Made by a program: the position numbers and the translations under genes. The notes under the pieces are model-generated. The model was not told the DNA's origin, made no database searches, and saw nothing but the letters and a program-made list of their open reading frames with translations. Below, one piece after another: positions 1-12,645 of a stretch of DNA of 64,000 nucleotides. The stretch comes from Sphaerodactylus townsendi. Taxonomy: Eukaryota. Location: NCBI RefSeq assembly GCF_021028975.2, contig NC_059435.1, forward strand, positions 34,906,001 to 34,970,000. Direction: 5' to 3'. How positions within the stretch are numbered: the first letter of the stretch is position 1; each line of letters opens with the position of its first letter.

Positions 1-123
1 GACCTGCTCCATTTGGACCTTATTTATAGACCAAGAGTAAATTTTAAGTCTTTTAGCAAAAAAAAAATCTCAGCTTTGCCTTCTCTGCAATATTGAGCAA
101 CAGCTTATGGAGCTCTCCAGGGT
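1..123 (-). pseudogene. Exon remnant DPGELHKLLLNIAEKAKLRFFF
   Basis: Acceptor ctcttactag| at 124-125; weak likeness to GREB1L AKERLQEVRDKLGLQYRF; frameshift in a T run. Confidence 0.4.
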
Positions 124-894
124 CTAGTAAGAGTGGGGGATTTTGTTAGCTTCTTAAATGTATGCTAAAGTGCAGCAGTTCCCATGTTGGCGCTGCTGTC
201 TGACTTACTGACTCATCCTGTTGCCATGGAGTAAAGACATTCATTCTTTTTCTCACTCTATGTATGGCTGCAGGTTTGGACCTTACCTCATGGCCTTTGT
301 TTACAGATGTAGATGGCTGGTTAGAGGTTAAAACAATCCTTTGTAGTGTATCATTTAAATTATCCACTTAAGTCTTATATAAATATGCTGTACTCAGTTA
401 TATTTTAATGATGCCTCTGAAATGTGTACCAACTCCAAAAAATAAAAAAGGGGGGAATATCCCCTTGTTTACAATTCACTCCACCCTTTGTCACAAAACA
501 ACAGAACAACATAACAAAACAAACATAACTTCAGAGATAGCAGGGTACGGTTTCTCCATAAAAAAATCCTACACACATATTTTTTTAAAGGAAAAATTCT
601 CACAAAAATGGCAAGCAAGGACATTAATAATTCTTGGTATTGTGAAATTGAAAACCACAGAGGACAAACTGTTCTTTAACAGAAAATTTAGTCATGAAAT
701 TCCATAGCTCAGAGGAATACCTCCTAATTCAATGTTATCTGACATGGATTGCTAATACAGATAGCTATCCATCTGTGGAGCAAGAAAGCCTTGTCATCTG
801 GTAAAGATTCCAACTTTTACTGCATATAAAAACCATGGCAAACTTGTTTATGAGGTGGATTCAAAAGTCTAATTTCTTTGACGTTGATGCCTAC

Positions 895-1092
895 CTCCCA
901 TGCAAGAAGTTTAAAGAGGGGCCTGTTGGTGAAGATCCTTGCTTTGGATCCAGTCTTAAATCAGCATATATTTCTGTGATGTTAGAAGTCCTCAAAATCC
1001 ATGGAAGAGACGAAGAGGGTTTCAATTCAAGTTTTCTTCTCCTCTCGCGATCTGCTAGCTCTTCTGAGCCCACTGTTTCGCTTTGGTTCAGT
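895..1092 (-). pseudogene. Exon remnant EELADRERRRKLELKPSSSLPWILRTSNIT
   Basis: Open frame ending at donor gag|gtaggc; LPWILR resembles GREB1L LPWLAR. Confidence 0.4.
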
Positions 1093-1099
1093 CTTTATC

Positions 1100-1213
1100 G
1101 AGAAATTAGGAACTATACTTCATCAGCTTACCAGCATGGCCAATTGGCCATGCTGACAGAGGCCAGATGGGAATTGTGCCCTGAATTCGAGAGCCACAAG
1201 GTTCCCTACCCTG
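1100..1213. mobile_element. Degenerate palindromic hAT MITE (same family as 46759-46906)
   Basis: Core cagcatggccaattggccatgctg and right end ggttccctaccctg. Confidence 0.75.
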
Positions 1214-1239
1214 ATCTAGAGGTTCTCAAATTCCCAATT

Positions 1240-3158
1240 GGAGATTGGCTGTGACAGAGGAGCTTCTTTTGCAGATAAAGTCACAGCTTCCTACCAGGAC
1301 CTTCCTGCCACGCTGATCACAATTAGCTAACCAGAGGTTCCTGTCGCTCTCTTGGCCCCTTGTTTGGCCCAGTTTTCCCTGCTCTCTCGAAGCCCATGTT
1401 GACAGGGTCCTGGCTGCTGTTAGACCTACTACCTGTCCTCTGCGATCCGCGTCCTCCTGGCTTATTACGTTTGCCAGGGGAGTTACTTAATCTCCACCTG
1501 CTGAAGATCATCAATGGCTCCCTTGAGAAAGGCGAAAGCTCCTTCCGGTGGGTTGAAGGGAGGCAGGCGTGGTCCGCCCAGTCTTGAAAAGACCATCGCT
1601 AGGATCCAGAGGAGATCTGGCCACCATCACCCATTTCAATCTTTCGCTTCTGGGGAAGGTGTAATTGGAGAGAGTGGTGTTGGAGCAGCTTCCAGGGCTT
1701 TCTGCGACACACATGGGCTTTTGATCCCTTCAGTCCGCTTCCGGCTGGGTATGACGAGATCAATCCTCGCCGCTGTCACAGACACGCCTCAAGAGATGGG
1801 CCAACTTGACCGAGATGGATCAAGCGCCAGTTGGCATTAATAGTTGATCTTACCGCAGCTGCTGATATGGTCGATCATGACCTTTGGCTCCACCGCCTGA
1901 CGCTTCTGGGTGCGGGCAATCTGTCCTTCAGTGGATAACCGCTTTCTCCGGACCGGAGTCAGTAAGTGTGGTGGCAGCCTCCCAGAGGTGCCCGGGCTTA
2001 CAAGTGGGTGCCCCAGGGAGAGCTGTTATCCCCCCGCTTCTGCTGTTTAACATCTATAGCGCGCAATCTCTTTACCAGTTGGTGCGGAGCTTTGGGCTGA
2101 TCTATCACCAGCACGCTGATGACACTTCAGCTCTATTCTGTTGATAAGTCGTCGCCTCGCAGCTCTACAGCACTGTTTGAGGCGTTGCTGGTTGGTTGCA
2201 ACAGAGCAGGTTAAGACTGAATCCATCGAAGACGGAGGTCCTTTGGCTGGGCCGCTGAGGGAAATAGCCGCCGGAGTGGAGGCTACATTGGCACCGGGCC
2301 TCCATGCGGCAGCAGCAGCCTGGGTCCACCTGGATTTGTCTCTTTCAGTGGAGACCCAGGTGGCCCATACAACCCGGGTTGCATTTTTTCATCTTCGACA
2401 GGCCCGGCGGCTGGCCCCTTTCCTCTCCCAGGCGGATCTGCCACTGTGATCCATGCAATCACCCTAGGTGCCAGATCTATTGTAACTCGCTTTCTATATG
2501 GCCTCCTCTATCGTGATGCTCTGAAGTTGCTGGTCCAGCATGCGGCGGCACGTACTCACTGGTGGTGCTCAGAGAACACACATATCCAACTCCAAAGGCG
2601 CGCCGCCTTTACTGGCTTCCCAGTTGAGTTCGGAATCATCCATAAGATATGGGTGCTACCTTTTAAGGCCTTACGCGCCTGGGACCTTCGCATCTTTCGG
2701 GACCATCTTACCCCATACTCGCCTCACGTCAGATAGCCAATTTACTGCGGTCCTTGCCCTCACATGATGCTGCTGGTTTACTCCAGGCCAGGCTTTTATG
2801 GCTCTGGCTCCCTTGCCTGGTGGAACACCTTTACTACTCAAAGACCCTGACACCGCGGACTTTGGAGAGTTCCTCAGGGCCTGTAAGACTGGACTGTTCC
2901 ACTGCATGCTAGGGGAGGCTCTGGCCGCTGAGGTGTGCCTCCCACCCTCCCCTTTTCCTTTTTTCCCCTTTACTTCCTGGGTTCTTTTTCTCTGGTTTTT
3001 GTTTTTCCAGGGTGGATGGCAGTCTGTGTTTATGTTGGATCACCACTGCAATGCATTGTTATTAATCTGTTTTAATGGGAGTATTGTAATTATTGTTTTT
3101 ATCATGTTGTTCACCGCCCAGAGCCCTTCAGGGGAGGGGCGGTATACAAGACTAATAA

Positions 3159-3201
<43 letters not shown>

Positions 3202-3221
3202 AATAAATAAATAAAATAAAA
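1240..3221 (+). mobile_element. L2-clade LINE, 5'-truncated, with (TAAA)n tail
   Basis: RT remnants HQHADDT, AFFHLRQARRLAPFLSQAD, YCNSL, LVQHAAAR; TAAA tail at about 3152-3221; very indel-rich. Confidence 0.9.
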
Positions 3222-3756
3222 TACTCCTGGATTAGTATTATCTGGTACAAAAAATAATTTTGTTCTCACTTTCTGCTCTAAGAGAGACAGGGGTTTCTGC
3301 CAACATCCAGGTGGGGTATCCACCATGATGAAAGGGGGAGGGTGCACCAGTAACAGCAAGAAATGAATATCTGCACCAGTAAGCTTAAAGTACCTGAGTA
3401 CTGTACATTATAAAGCAATCAAGATATTTTAAACTTTTGGCAACAGTTTCACAGTTCTTCTAAACATACATGTATGGCAAACAAAAATAGGATGTATTTA
3501 ACAATTCACCTAAATACAGACAAGAGATCCAAACTGAACATGTTGTAGCTGCATAGAAACAAAAATACAGAATGTAATTTAGCCGTGAAGCTCCAAATGC
3601 GGCTAGGCAAGAAATGTAAAGAGACTGTGCTCCAATATGAGTCATGGAACACTAACCCCTCAACTCGGGGCTAGTTAGGCGTGCTGTCTACCTCTGGCAA
3701 AGGTATGACTATGTAGAAAAACAAAAGGCTTTCTGGAATTACAAAAGATTTCCAGA

Positions 3757-3890
3757 TGATAGATCAGTTTCTCTGGAGGAATTGGCAGCTTAGAAGAGTG
3801 GACTATATGACATTAAACCCTGCTGAGTTCCTTCCCTCCCAAAACCCTACCCACTCTAGTTCCATACCCCAAATCTACAGGAATTTTTCA
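3757..3890 (-). mobile_element. Fragment of TAGGGTTGCCA-family non-autonomous DNA element
   Basis: Reverse-complement similarity to 12460-12631 and 32766-32988. Confidence 0.6.
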
Positions 3891-3982
3891 ACGCACAGAT
3901 GTCTGAATGCAGGTTTGATTAAAGATTCAGCATATGATTGAACATGGCTGCTCTTCAAAAGACAAAGAACAAAAGGACATAC

Positions 3983-4333
3983 TTTGGCTTGATAACTTTT
4001 TTGACTTTTACAGCCTTTTGAACCAATGGCTCCCTGCTCCTCTCGCTTCATTTTTCATTGACTTCATTTTCTTTACCAAGATGCTAGAGTTTCCCCTCCT
4101 TTATAGAAGCGAGTGCCACTATAACAGTTATACCAAAGGAAGCTGTCAATAAATCAGTGTCAATAGTTTATTTGTTCCAGGCTCTTGGAAAAGTCTCTAC
4201 ACTTCTGCTATTTTCTCCAGCCAAACAGCCATATGGCTGGATTTCATAAAACTGCCAGACCCAACTTAGATTTCATAATCATCCACAGAAAAGGATTATT
4301 CTGAGAGGGCTTGGCTGGATGATCTTTGGATCA
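3983..4333 (-). pseudogene. Exon remnant FYEIQPYGCLAGENSRSVETFPRAW
   Basis: Acceptor tatattgcag|, donor aaa|gtatgt; ETFPR matches GREB1L GKDPLGETFPRSL; frameshifted. Confidence 0.6.
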
Positions 4334-5410
4334 CTGCAATATATAATGAAATGCATATACCATCATACCAAACTAAAATAATTCTAGGCATTAAAAACAA
4401 AGACGCAAGTCAAAGTCAGAGCTGTCAGCTCCTTATACTGTGATTTCATCTATGTCCAGTAGAAATTGCAGTGCATGGTTATTTGAGATGAATCCCAATT
4501 CAAGCCTAGTTCTTCACTTCCAAACCTCAGAGTTTTTCTGATTAACCTTAAAAGTTAATGCTGCATCATTCAAAACCACTGACAGGAGAGAGAAAGAGGC
4601 GTGAGGGCAGTGAAAACCATTACTCATCTGCTTCTGGTTCAGCTGCATAGGCCCTCACTAGGCCCTAGTAGGCCCAAAAGAGCAACAGTCCTGGATAAAC
4701 TCAGTCAGTGGGGGAGGAGGGAAAAAATACAATCATAGTCTACTATTGGATACGCTGAGGCTTCCCTCTTATATTGCTCCAATCCCTTGCAGTCAGAAGA
4801 ACAAAATGTTTTCCACAAGTAGAGAATTATTTGTGTTTGTTTAGATTTTTTTAGGTTGTGTGTTTTGTTTTTGATTAAAATTTTGTTTTCAATTTGTTCT
4901 CATCTCTTCCAACTTGCATTGCTTCTCAGGGTTCTGTTCATAATGATTTTTTTTTAAAAAGAATGGAATATGTGTTTATTTTTTATTGGACTTGTGCATT
5001 TTCATAAACATTGTGTATGACTCTGGGGACTCTGATTAAAAAGTGGGATATCAATTCAACAAGGATGCTCAATAATTAGGGTCACAGAGACCCCTATAAA
5101 ACAGAGAAAGGTTTTATTCCACTAATGCTTTCTTGTGCAAGGAGCCTTCCTTTGGTAGAAGAAGCGTATTCTGCTAATTGAAGACTCCTACCAGAGATTC
5201 TTCTTCCTTCCATTTGAAAGAAAGCAAAACCATTTGAGAAACAGAACCTTTAGCTCCAACCCAAAATTAATAATATTTCGGACCTCCTAGGATATCACTA
5301 ATGGTGTTGGCTGGTCACGACATGTTTTGAGCACAAATAAGGACACAAAAAATACATTCAGTACATTGATTTTCCTTTCTATGGCTTCACCAAAACAAGC
5401 CAAGCCTTAC

Positions 5411-5484
5411 TGTATCAAAAATTAGGGCCTGTTTATATTTTATTCTTATGCTGATCTTTGTTGAAATCTATAACAATCATGTAC
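5411..5484 (-). pseudogene. Short exon remnant YMIVIDFNKDQHKNKI*
   Basis: Strong acceptor ttcctttggcttctcag| and donor aca|gtaagg. Confidence 0.4.
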
Positions 5485-5679
5485 CTGAGAAGCCAAAGGA
5501 AGACTCGGAGGTGTTTTATCAACAAAACTTTTACTGTGTGACCCAAGTTAATATTAATTACACACTGAAATTCTTGTATAAATCTTCATACTATATGGCT
5601 GAGAGTGCTTTGAAATAATGGCAATCTTTATTAAATTAGATTGTGAGCAGTTCCAAACCCTATAAAGATACTGGCATTT

Positions 5680-5857
5680 CATAGGGCCATCAAGTCCAAC
5701 TCCCTGCCATGCAGGGACACACAAAGCACTCCTGACATATGTTCAGCCAGCCTCTGTTTATAAACCTCCAAAGAAGGTGACTCCACCACTCTCCGAGGCA
5801 GTGAATTCCATTGTCGAACATCCCTAACAGTCAGAAAGTTCTTCCTGATGTTTAGGA
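5680..5857 (-). mobile_element. CR1 LINE 3' fragment
   Basis: aaacctccaaagaaggtgactccaccac...gtcagaaagttcttcctgatgtttagg, typical CR1 3' end in antisense. Confidence 0.8.
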
Positions 5858-6904
5858 TAAAATAAAATGTTTAAGATAAAATAAAATAAAGAATAAAATG
5901 TTTAATTAACAGGACGTATAAAAGCTGTTTCATTAGATGAAAGTTTCTATAAATAGAGATTGCAATTCTTAAACTCCTTAATGTGAAGTCCTGAAAAATG
6001 TAACTTGTTTGATTAACTGTCCCATCCAAAGTGCTGAAGTGGTCAGGGACAGTGCCACTGCTATGCCACCTCCAGAAGGCTTGCAGGTGGCATGGGGAGG
6101 CAGTGAACGTCAAAAACTCCCAGCTGCCTGTAAGCCTCCATAGCTGAAAATGGGTTTATACCACCCAAGGCGTTCTTGGCTCCAAAGATTGGTGGAAGCT
6201 GATTAAACTCCACCCCTGAGAATGCGCCCAGAATGCCCCCAGCTGTGCTGGCATCCACCTGGCTGGCATAAGTGCCACTTACGCTGGTGGGGAGGACAAA
6301 TCCGCTGGCATAGCCTTATTCTAGCTCCAACAGCTGATTTCTCCCCCTCCCCCTGTGGGATTGGGTTGAAAGCTAATAATTAAAAAAATAAGATTGTATT
6401 TCATACTGTAGTCTTGTTTTGACAATTTGGTAGTGAATGTCCTGCTCTCCAGTTATGACATAAAAACTACATCACCTTTGAGAGCCAATACACTTTCCAC
6501 AGGAAGCCTCCTTGATATATTTTTAACACCAGTCAGTTCCAAAGTGATCATTGCCTAATCAACATGCTAACTCATGCTGCTTGTCAGAAATGTTTCTTTG
6601 ACAATCCCTGAACTATCTTATAAAGTGCTACTTTGTTGGCATTATAGTGACTCTATTTCCCTCCATCCCCGAATTGCAAAAACAAGCCGGCAGCAAACGA
6701 GCTTCACAGCTCCTTCCCCAACAGCTAATACTAGTAATAAAAGTCAGTAAACAGTAGCAGCACTAACACTAACTAACATGCATCGGTCCTTAAGGTAGCA
6801 AAAAAACAACTCTAGCTCTCCTAGGTGTGAAAGCTAAAACTAATTACTGGAGCTATGGACTAACGTTCTGCTCCAGGCGCCATCTTGGGATAAAAATTGC
6901 ATCC

Positions 6905-7085
6905 TGTTTTTCACACTAATGGTAACCCAAAGCAGCTTGTCATATAATTTCCTGCTTCTCTACTTCATCCTTATTACAACAACCACGTGAGATAGGTTAG
7001 GCTGAAAGTGACAGGCCCATTAACTTGTGTGGCAGCACCCAGTTTTTCCAGGCCCTGGACTAAAACTCTAGCTATGATGCCACTC
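6905..7085 (-). mobile_element. Degenerate CORE/MIR-like SINE
   Basis: acaacaaccacgtgagataggttaggctgaaagtg core. Confidence 0.6.
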
Positions 7086-8295
7086 TTAGATGTTCAGCTG
7101 TTGCTGTCTTGAGCACTCAAAACAGCATCAAGATTCTATGTGGTCAGAGGAGATTTTTTTCTTGTCTTCAATCCCTGCCCTCAATGTCACAGTTAAAGTC
7201 AAGTATACGGATTGTCCCATGTTTATCCTGGTGACAAACTAGTACACCCCATTTTTGCACAATCTATAAATCTCTCTTCCCAAGAAACTCCGTGTGAATT
7301 TCCATGTATCAGTCAACAAAGTGGTTGCTGTCTATGTGGTGCATGCCTTTCTTCAGGGGACTGTGTGAACTGTGCATTTTCTCCTGAACTTGCTTAGCTG
7401 TGGTAGGCTCCTGGCAAGGGAGTGTGATTCCACCCAACATCATCCAATGCTTGGATCAGGAAACTTGTAAGTAAACTAGGGACAAGTTCAGTTTTAGGTG
7501 CCTTAGGGAACTTTTGGTTGTCCCTAAATGCCTATGTTTGTTGCTTTTGGCCAAAATCCATTGTTTTCCTTTTGCTGACTGAACATACAGTTTAAAGTCC
7601 AACCCAAGATCTATAGCAGCCAGCTCTTCCAGTACAAAATTACCCAGCTCTGTGCACCTCTTTGCATCTGTGCAGAGCTATTCATTCCTTTGCTTTGACT
7701 AAGATTTTTGCAGGCGTTCCATCACTTGGAGATGGCATGCTTTTATGAAACATGGTTACAGCTTTTTGCGCTGTTTGCATTTCCTACTTTGAATGCAATC
7801 TTTTAAATAAAGCTCTTAAAACTCTGCCAGGGTATCAGATGTCTGACTCAGCTGCTGACCCAGGCAGCCCTTTTTTGAAATAGAAGAGTAGAAGCCAGAG
7901 GAATTAAGGGGGAAGCACCTGGACCCTGTGTTTAAGGGCACCCCAAATCAGAGTGCAGAGAGCAGATTGTGGTACCCCACCCATACAGAGGCTAATTAGG
8001 ATGAGCAGAAGAGAGTAGAGTGGGGGAGCCAGTTCTGTCTGCTACCCAGGGAGGGGTGCCTCAGTGGCTCCCACTTCTACCCCAATCTTGCCTACTAGTT
8101 AATGTGACCCTGGTGCAGCTGTAATCATACAGTATTAAAGTGTTGCACATATGACTAGAACTCTTGGGGTTGGCATGTTTTTTTAAAAATTAATCATGCT
8201 TAGCTATTGTCCTGTTTTTAATGCTTATGTTTTAGTGGTTTGTTTTATCAGTTTGTAAGTCACCTTAAGCAGATTTCTGAAGTGGTAACATATAC

Positions 8296-9047
8296 CTTTT
8301 TCAAATAAATACAAACAGATGCTGCCTGCATGAGTGCCATCAGGTGTGCACAGAAATCTAATTTCTCATGTGGAATTTCTTTTACTAGATTGTATTGTAT
8401 CAATGTATCCCAAGTCAATAATGTGATGAAGTTTATTGAATCAGTAGATATTAGCAAATTGAAACAGGTACAGCTTATGTGGGTCATGCTGAACCTTTTT
8501 GAAAAAGGAGAACTGGGCAGCCTTGTGAGTCTTGTGCTTGGCTGTAACATGTTGACTGAGCTGGTCTGTGCTGGTGTTCTCTCTTCTTTCCTGGGTGCCT
8601 TTGTTTTTTCTGTCTGGCACAAGAACTGATTGGCTACCAGGCAAGTTCATTTGCCATCTTGTTTGCTGTTCTTTCAGGGGAGAGACTGGAACAGAGAAGC
8701 AGTTTGTTTATATTGGTTTGTACCCCTTGCACATGTCTCTCTGCACAGCTCCATAATGTTGTGCAATTCAGCATGAGGCTAACTTTTGTTAAAAAATCTT
8801 TCCATGAAGGTGATAGGCAAACAGAACTGCTGCCAGCAGGATGGCAGAAGAAAACAAACACAGTCAGAGATGGAGGGAGCCCCTTTGGCATCAGATGGCT
8901 CGATGCTGTGCAAACAAAAGATCCGCTTAAAGTTTGGCAGCAGTTCACCAACTTGACAGTCAGAGGGGAAGGTGGCACCTTCCTTGCAAATGAACAGCAC
9001 ACAAGTTTGAGCTATAAAGAGTTGGCCAATTTGCTTGGCAAGGGGAC
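8296..9047 (-). pseudogene. Large exon remnant GPLAKQIGQLF...PITFMERFFNKS*PHAELHNIM.../QFSFFKKVQHDPHKLYLF...IIDLGY...FLCTPDGTHAGSICLYLFEK
   Basis: Acceptor ctgactctctggggttcag|, donor aag|gtatat; frame persists through stops; FSFFKKVQHDPHKLYLF resembles GREB1L FEVFMRRVKQNPYTLFV. Confidence 0.65.
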
Positions 9048-9084
9048 CTGAACCCCAGAGAGTCAGTGGAAGCAGAAATGCAAT

Positions 9085-9146
9085 TAGAATCATAGAGTTG
9101 GAAGAGACCACAAAGGCCATCCAGTCCAAACCCCTGCCATGCAGCA
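9085..9146 (-). mobile_element. CR1 3' terminus
   Basis: tagaatcatagagttggaagagaccacaaaggccatccagtcc. Confidence 0.75.
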
Positions 9147-9437
9147 ACACGATTGATTAGGAAAATAAACGATACAACAATACTAATGGGTACATCACTG
9201 TCTAACAGGCAATTCTACTTAAATCACCTTCTTTGATGTGCATTTCAAAATGTATACTTTTAAAATGCAGTGATTCCTGCAGTTCAGACATTTGGCTGCA
9301 TCACATTCCCCTCTCCCTCTCCACTACAGCACAACAAAGAAGTTTCTCTTGTGTTTAATCAGATTTTGTGCCAGACAGCATGAATACTGTCTTGCTGGAG
9401 GTGGAAGATAACATCCATAAATGTGCACATGACTCAC

Positions 9438-9640
9438 CTGATAGGTATAATTATTCTTCCCTTTGAGGAATGAGGCAAGACCTATGTATCAGGCAAATAG
9501 TATGCACAAGACTGTCCAAATGAAGTATTTTGTATGATGTTGAGAATTCTCTTCCAAAGTCTGGCCCTGGCACTGATGAGAGATGCGGTCGTGGACCCAT
9601 GATGGACTATATTGTTGGCCTTATTTCTTTTCTCAATGTT
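9438..9640 (-). pseudogene. Exon remnant ...CLIPQREE*LYLSG
   Basis: Strong donor cag|gtgagt, phase 1, compatible with the 9047 acceptor; 5' boundary uncertain. Confidence 0.45.
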
Positions 9641-10149
9641 AACTTAAGATGGGGGGGGGCACAACCCAAGCAGGGTCCTTTGCCAGGGTTTTTTTTTTCT
9701 GGTTCCATGCTACTCCAGCCAACCATCACCATCACTCAGTAGCTGAGAAAAAGAGAGAGTGGCAGAGATAAGGAGAGTGGGAGAAAGGGGATTATTCTAT
9801 GCAAGATGATGGATAACTAATGCTCACTTCCATACTTGAAAGTGGCATTGTGAGATGCCACAGCTCCTATTTCCAAGTGCAAATTCAGCAGCATTACTTA
9901 AAAAAATATTGTATTATTTTTTCCGTATATAAACACACACTAAAAAAGAGAATTATTTAAAAATCAAACCATATAACAGGCAAAATAACAATAAAATGGA
10001 TCTTAATGTTCAATAAAATATAGAAATGATACAAACTTGAGAAAGAACCTTTCCTCTTATTTCGATTAACATTTTGCTGTTTATTTAATTAACACCCACT
10101 GGTAAAATCATACTTAATGCCTTCACTATTAACGTATTAATAACATATT

Positions 10150-10563
10150 AATATAGTCAGAGATGTTCATGTAATTCTTCTGATTCTAATTTTAATCTCC
10201 ATTAGTTTTTGATATCACACCTGCCAGTTCTTCAGATGGTTGCTTGATGTTTTTGGACAGTAATAGTTCCCATTGTTGAAAAGATAGCTCTTCTTGAAAG
10301 TTATGCATCAAGTTCAGCAGCGTGTCTAGTTTCTCATGACCTTTAGCCTAAGCTAGCCCCAGTACTATTTGGTCATGATCTCACACATTTTGTCACACAT
10401 CACACTTGATGTATGACAAAATCATTACTTAGTAGGTTAATACTACCGGATCAGGGCATAGGAAGACAAGCTCCAAAATCTTATCCTTTAGGACTGGAGT
10501 ATATTTATACTTGTGTGCAGAAGACCACTTTTTATGTGTGCAAAACAATCTTAACCTAGGCAT
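10150..10563 (-). pseudogene. Exon remnant KDKILELVFLCPDPVVLTY*...LMHNFQEELSFQ
   Basis: Frame maintained through 4 stops; LVFLCPDPVVL resembles GREB1L LVRLGPDQVPL and FQEELSF resembles FLKEISY; boundaries approximate. Confidence 0.55.
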
Positions 10564-10619
10564 CCAGATATTACATTAACAGTAGCTGCGTATTATCAAA
10601 AGCTTCCATCATTGCTGGA

Positions 10620-10830
10620 ATCAACTGACTGTTGTGGGTTTTCAAGGCTGTGTCACCATAGTCTGGCAATTGTAGTCCTAATCGTGTTTCACCCACATCT
10701 GTGTCTGACATCTTCAGAAACACATCTTACCATGACATCCCTCTGACAATGCTAGCCAAAGATACAGGCAAAATGTTAGGAGCTGATACTATCAGACTAC
10801 GGTCACTCAACAGCCAATTAACTACAGTTA
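10620..10830. mobile_element. Degenerate inverted pair of Penelope-like termini
   Basis: Left arm resembles 11470-11563; right arm is its approximate reverse complement. Confidence 0.6.
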
Positions 10831-11304
10831 TTTCCAGAAACATATCTATGAATTCTATACCAATAAAAAGCACAGCTTTTCTAGTGCTATGGTCATCACT
10901 GCAAGAAACAATTGCCTTCAAATCATTCAATATGCAAATCTGTTATATTAATCATATGTTTTTCTCTTGTTTTGGTCTCTTGGCACTCACAGGTGGTAAG
11001 AAAACATTCAGCAGTGATTCTGGACATGTTTTAATCTCATTCAGGTGTTAATTGCATAGGGGAATGTTATGTGACTGGCATTCTATAGTTCTAGAATAGC
11101 ATGGGATTTGAATGGTCATGACTGGTACCACATAGACATTTAAAACTGTGGAAGCAATTTCAACAGTTTCAAGCAATTGCAAATACAGAACTTGTTTTCG
11201 AGGTACTTTAATCACACTGAGACTGGAAGGGTACCTATATTATATAACTACGTTAATCACTATTTAGGAATCTCCTCGACTATTACACTCCTGTTTATGC
11301 TTCT

Positions 11305-11445
11305 CCCTCACCCTCATGGACACCCCCTTGTCATGGGGAAGGGGCTTGTGTGCTTCGATGACATTGACAGCTATGCTGGAGGTATACTACCAGAAGGGTC
11401 CCTCCCAAGCCAGACAGGTCTCAACCAAGAAACCAGGCTAAGAGT
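11305..11445 (+). mobile_element. RTE/BovB-like 5' fragment
   Basis: ccttgtcatggggaaggggcttgtgtgcttcgatga...agctatgc. Confidence 0.5.
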
Positions 11446-11454
11446 TGAAGGCTT

Positions 11455-11720
11455 TTACGGCTGGATTCAACTGGTTCTGGTGGGTTTTCCGGGCTGTGTG
11501 GCTGTGGTCTGGTGGATCTTGTTCCTAACATTTCACCTGCATCTGTGACTGGCATCTTCAGAGGTGTATCACAGAGGGAAGTCTGTTACACACTATGTCC
11601 AGAGAGAAGGGAATGTTTGGGGTATATATTGTCCATGTCCCGGGGTGGGGAACCAATCAGTAAGTGTTTGGATGGAACTTGTTATGCAAAGATGTGGTTG
11701 ATAGTTCTGTATTGCGGGTC
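11455..11720 (-). mobile_element. Penelope-like element terminal fragment
   Basis: gggttttccgggctgtgtgg...cctaacatttcacctgcatctgtgactggcatcttcagagg. Confidence 0.75.
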
Positions 11721-12459
11721 CCCTCACCCTAGCAGAGGGAATGGAACCTTTTATCCTCGCTGAAAGAATAATCTCCACTTTCCTAGTAGGGACTCCCAGA
11801 GAAGATCTGGAAGAATAACTTGGGAGGATCTCTAACAGAACATCTGGAGCTACTTGGAATAAGTCCTCTGCAGGATGGTGTTACCCCGCAGATTATAGCT
11901 TGTAGATTCCAGAATATTTTCAGCTTCTTTAAGTGACTTTAAAGGAACGATTTCAAGGCCATGGATACTTTCCTGCAATTTCAGCTCTCACTACTTTCCC
12001 ACCAGGAACTTCGGATGTTACTTCAAGATTCTCAGATCTTCTGTGGGTTCACCAGCCTCCCATACTCTCCATTCTCCACTGGGGTCCTCAGCTGGTCTTG
12101 GGGGTTTCCAGAACTCCTTAAAGTCCCTTGGGATCTTTTTGTGTTGTCTGGCATTTCTCCAAGACTCTTCCGGTAGATCGATGACTCTCTGGGCTTCTCT
12201 GGACTTGTCAATTATATTATCAAAAACTATGTAATACAAGAGGCCTGTGTGGTCTTACTTGGTATTTATTTACCTTTAGTCTAATAATGACAAACAAATT
12301 GGGCGTCGGGGGAGGGGGCAAAGGGTTTTTAAAAAGTTGTGCTTCAATTATCAAAACATGTAGAGATTACCCCTGAATGTCGTAGGATCATTGCAGATGC
12401 ATCTTGAAATTTATTTGCTTATTTAATCCACCTCTTTTTTTCTAAACATGACCCAGAAC

Positions 12460-12631
12460 TAGGGTTGCCAGCCCTGGGGTGTGCAGTACCTGGAGACTGG
12501 GGAGGGGAGAGGCCTCAGCAGGGTATAATGCCAAAGCAGCCATTTTCGCCAACAGAACTGATCTTGGTCATCTGGAGATCAACTGTAATAGCAGGAAATC
12601 TCCAGGTGCCAACTGGAGGTTAGCAACCCTA
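12460..12631. mobile_element. Non-autonomous DNA element with TAGGGTTGCCA/TAGCAACCCTA TIRs (hAT-like)
   Basis: 11-bp TIR with one mismatch; no clear TSD. Confidence 0.75.
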
Positions 12632-12645
12632 CCTTGAGAAGCTTT

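Noticed and set aside
7180-7900. Possible solo LTR (also 57780-58210)
   Set aside because: Only an AATAAA-like signal and general appearance; no TG...CA boundaries with TSD could be established.
10200-10560. CARD/death-fold similarity; also doublecortin or LOTUS resemblance at 8.3-9.0 kb
   Set aside because: Weak isolated motifs. GREB1-family similarity explains these and many other exons more coherently.
11770-12240. Possible L1 ORF1 remnant
   Set aside because: Motif resemblance too weak to support.
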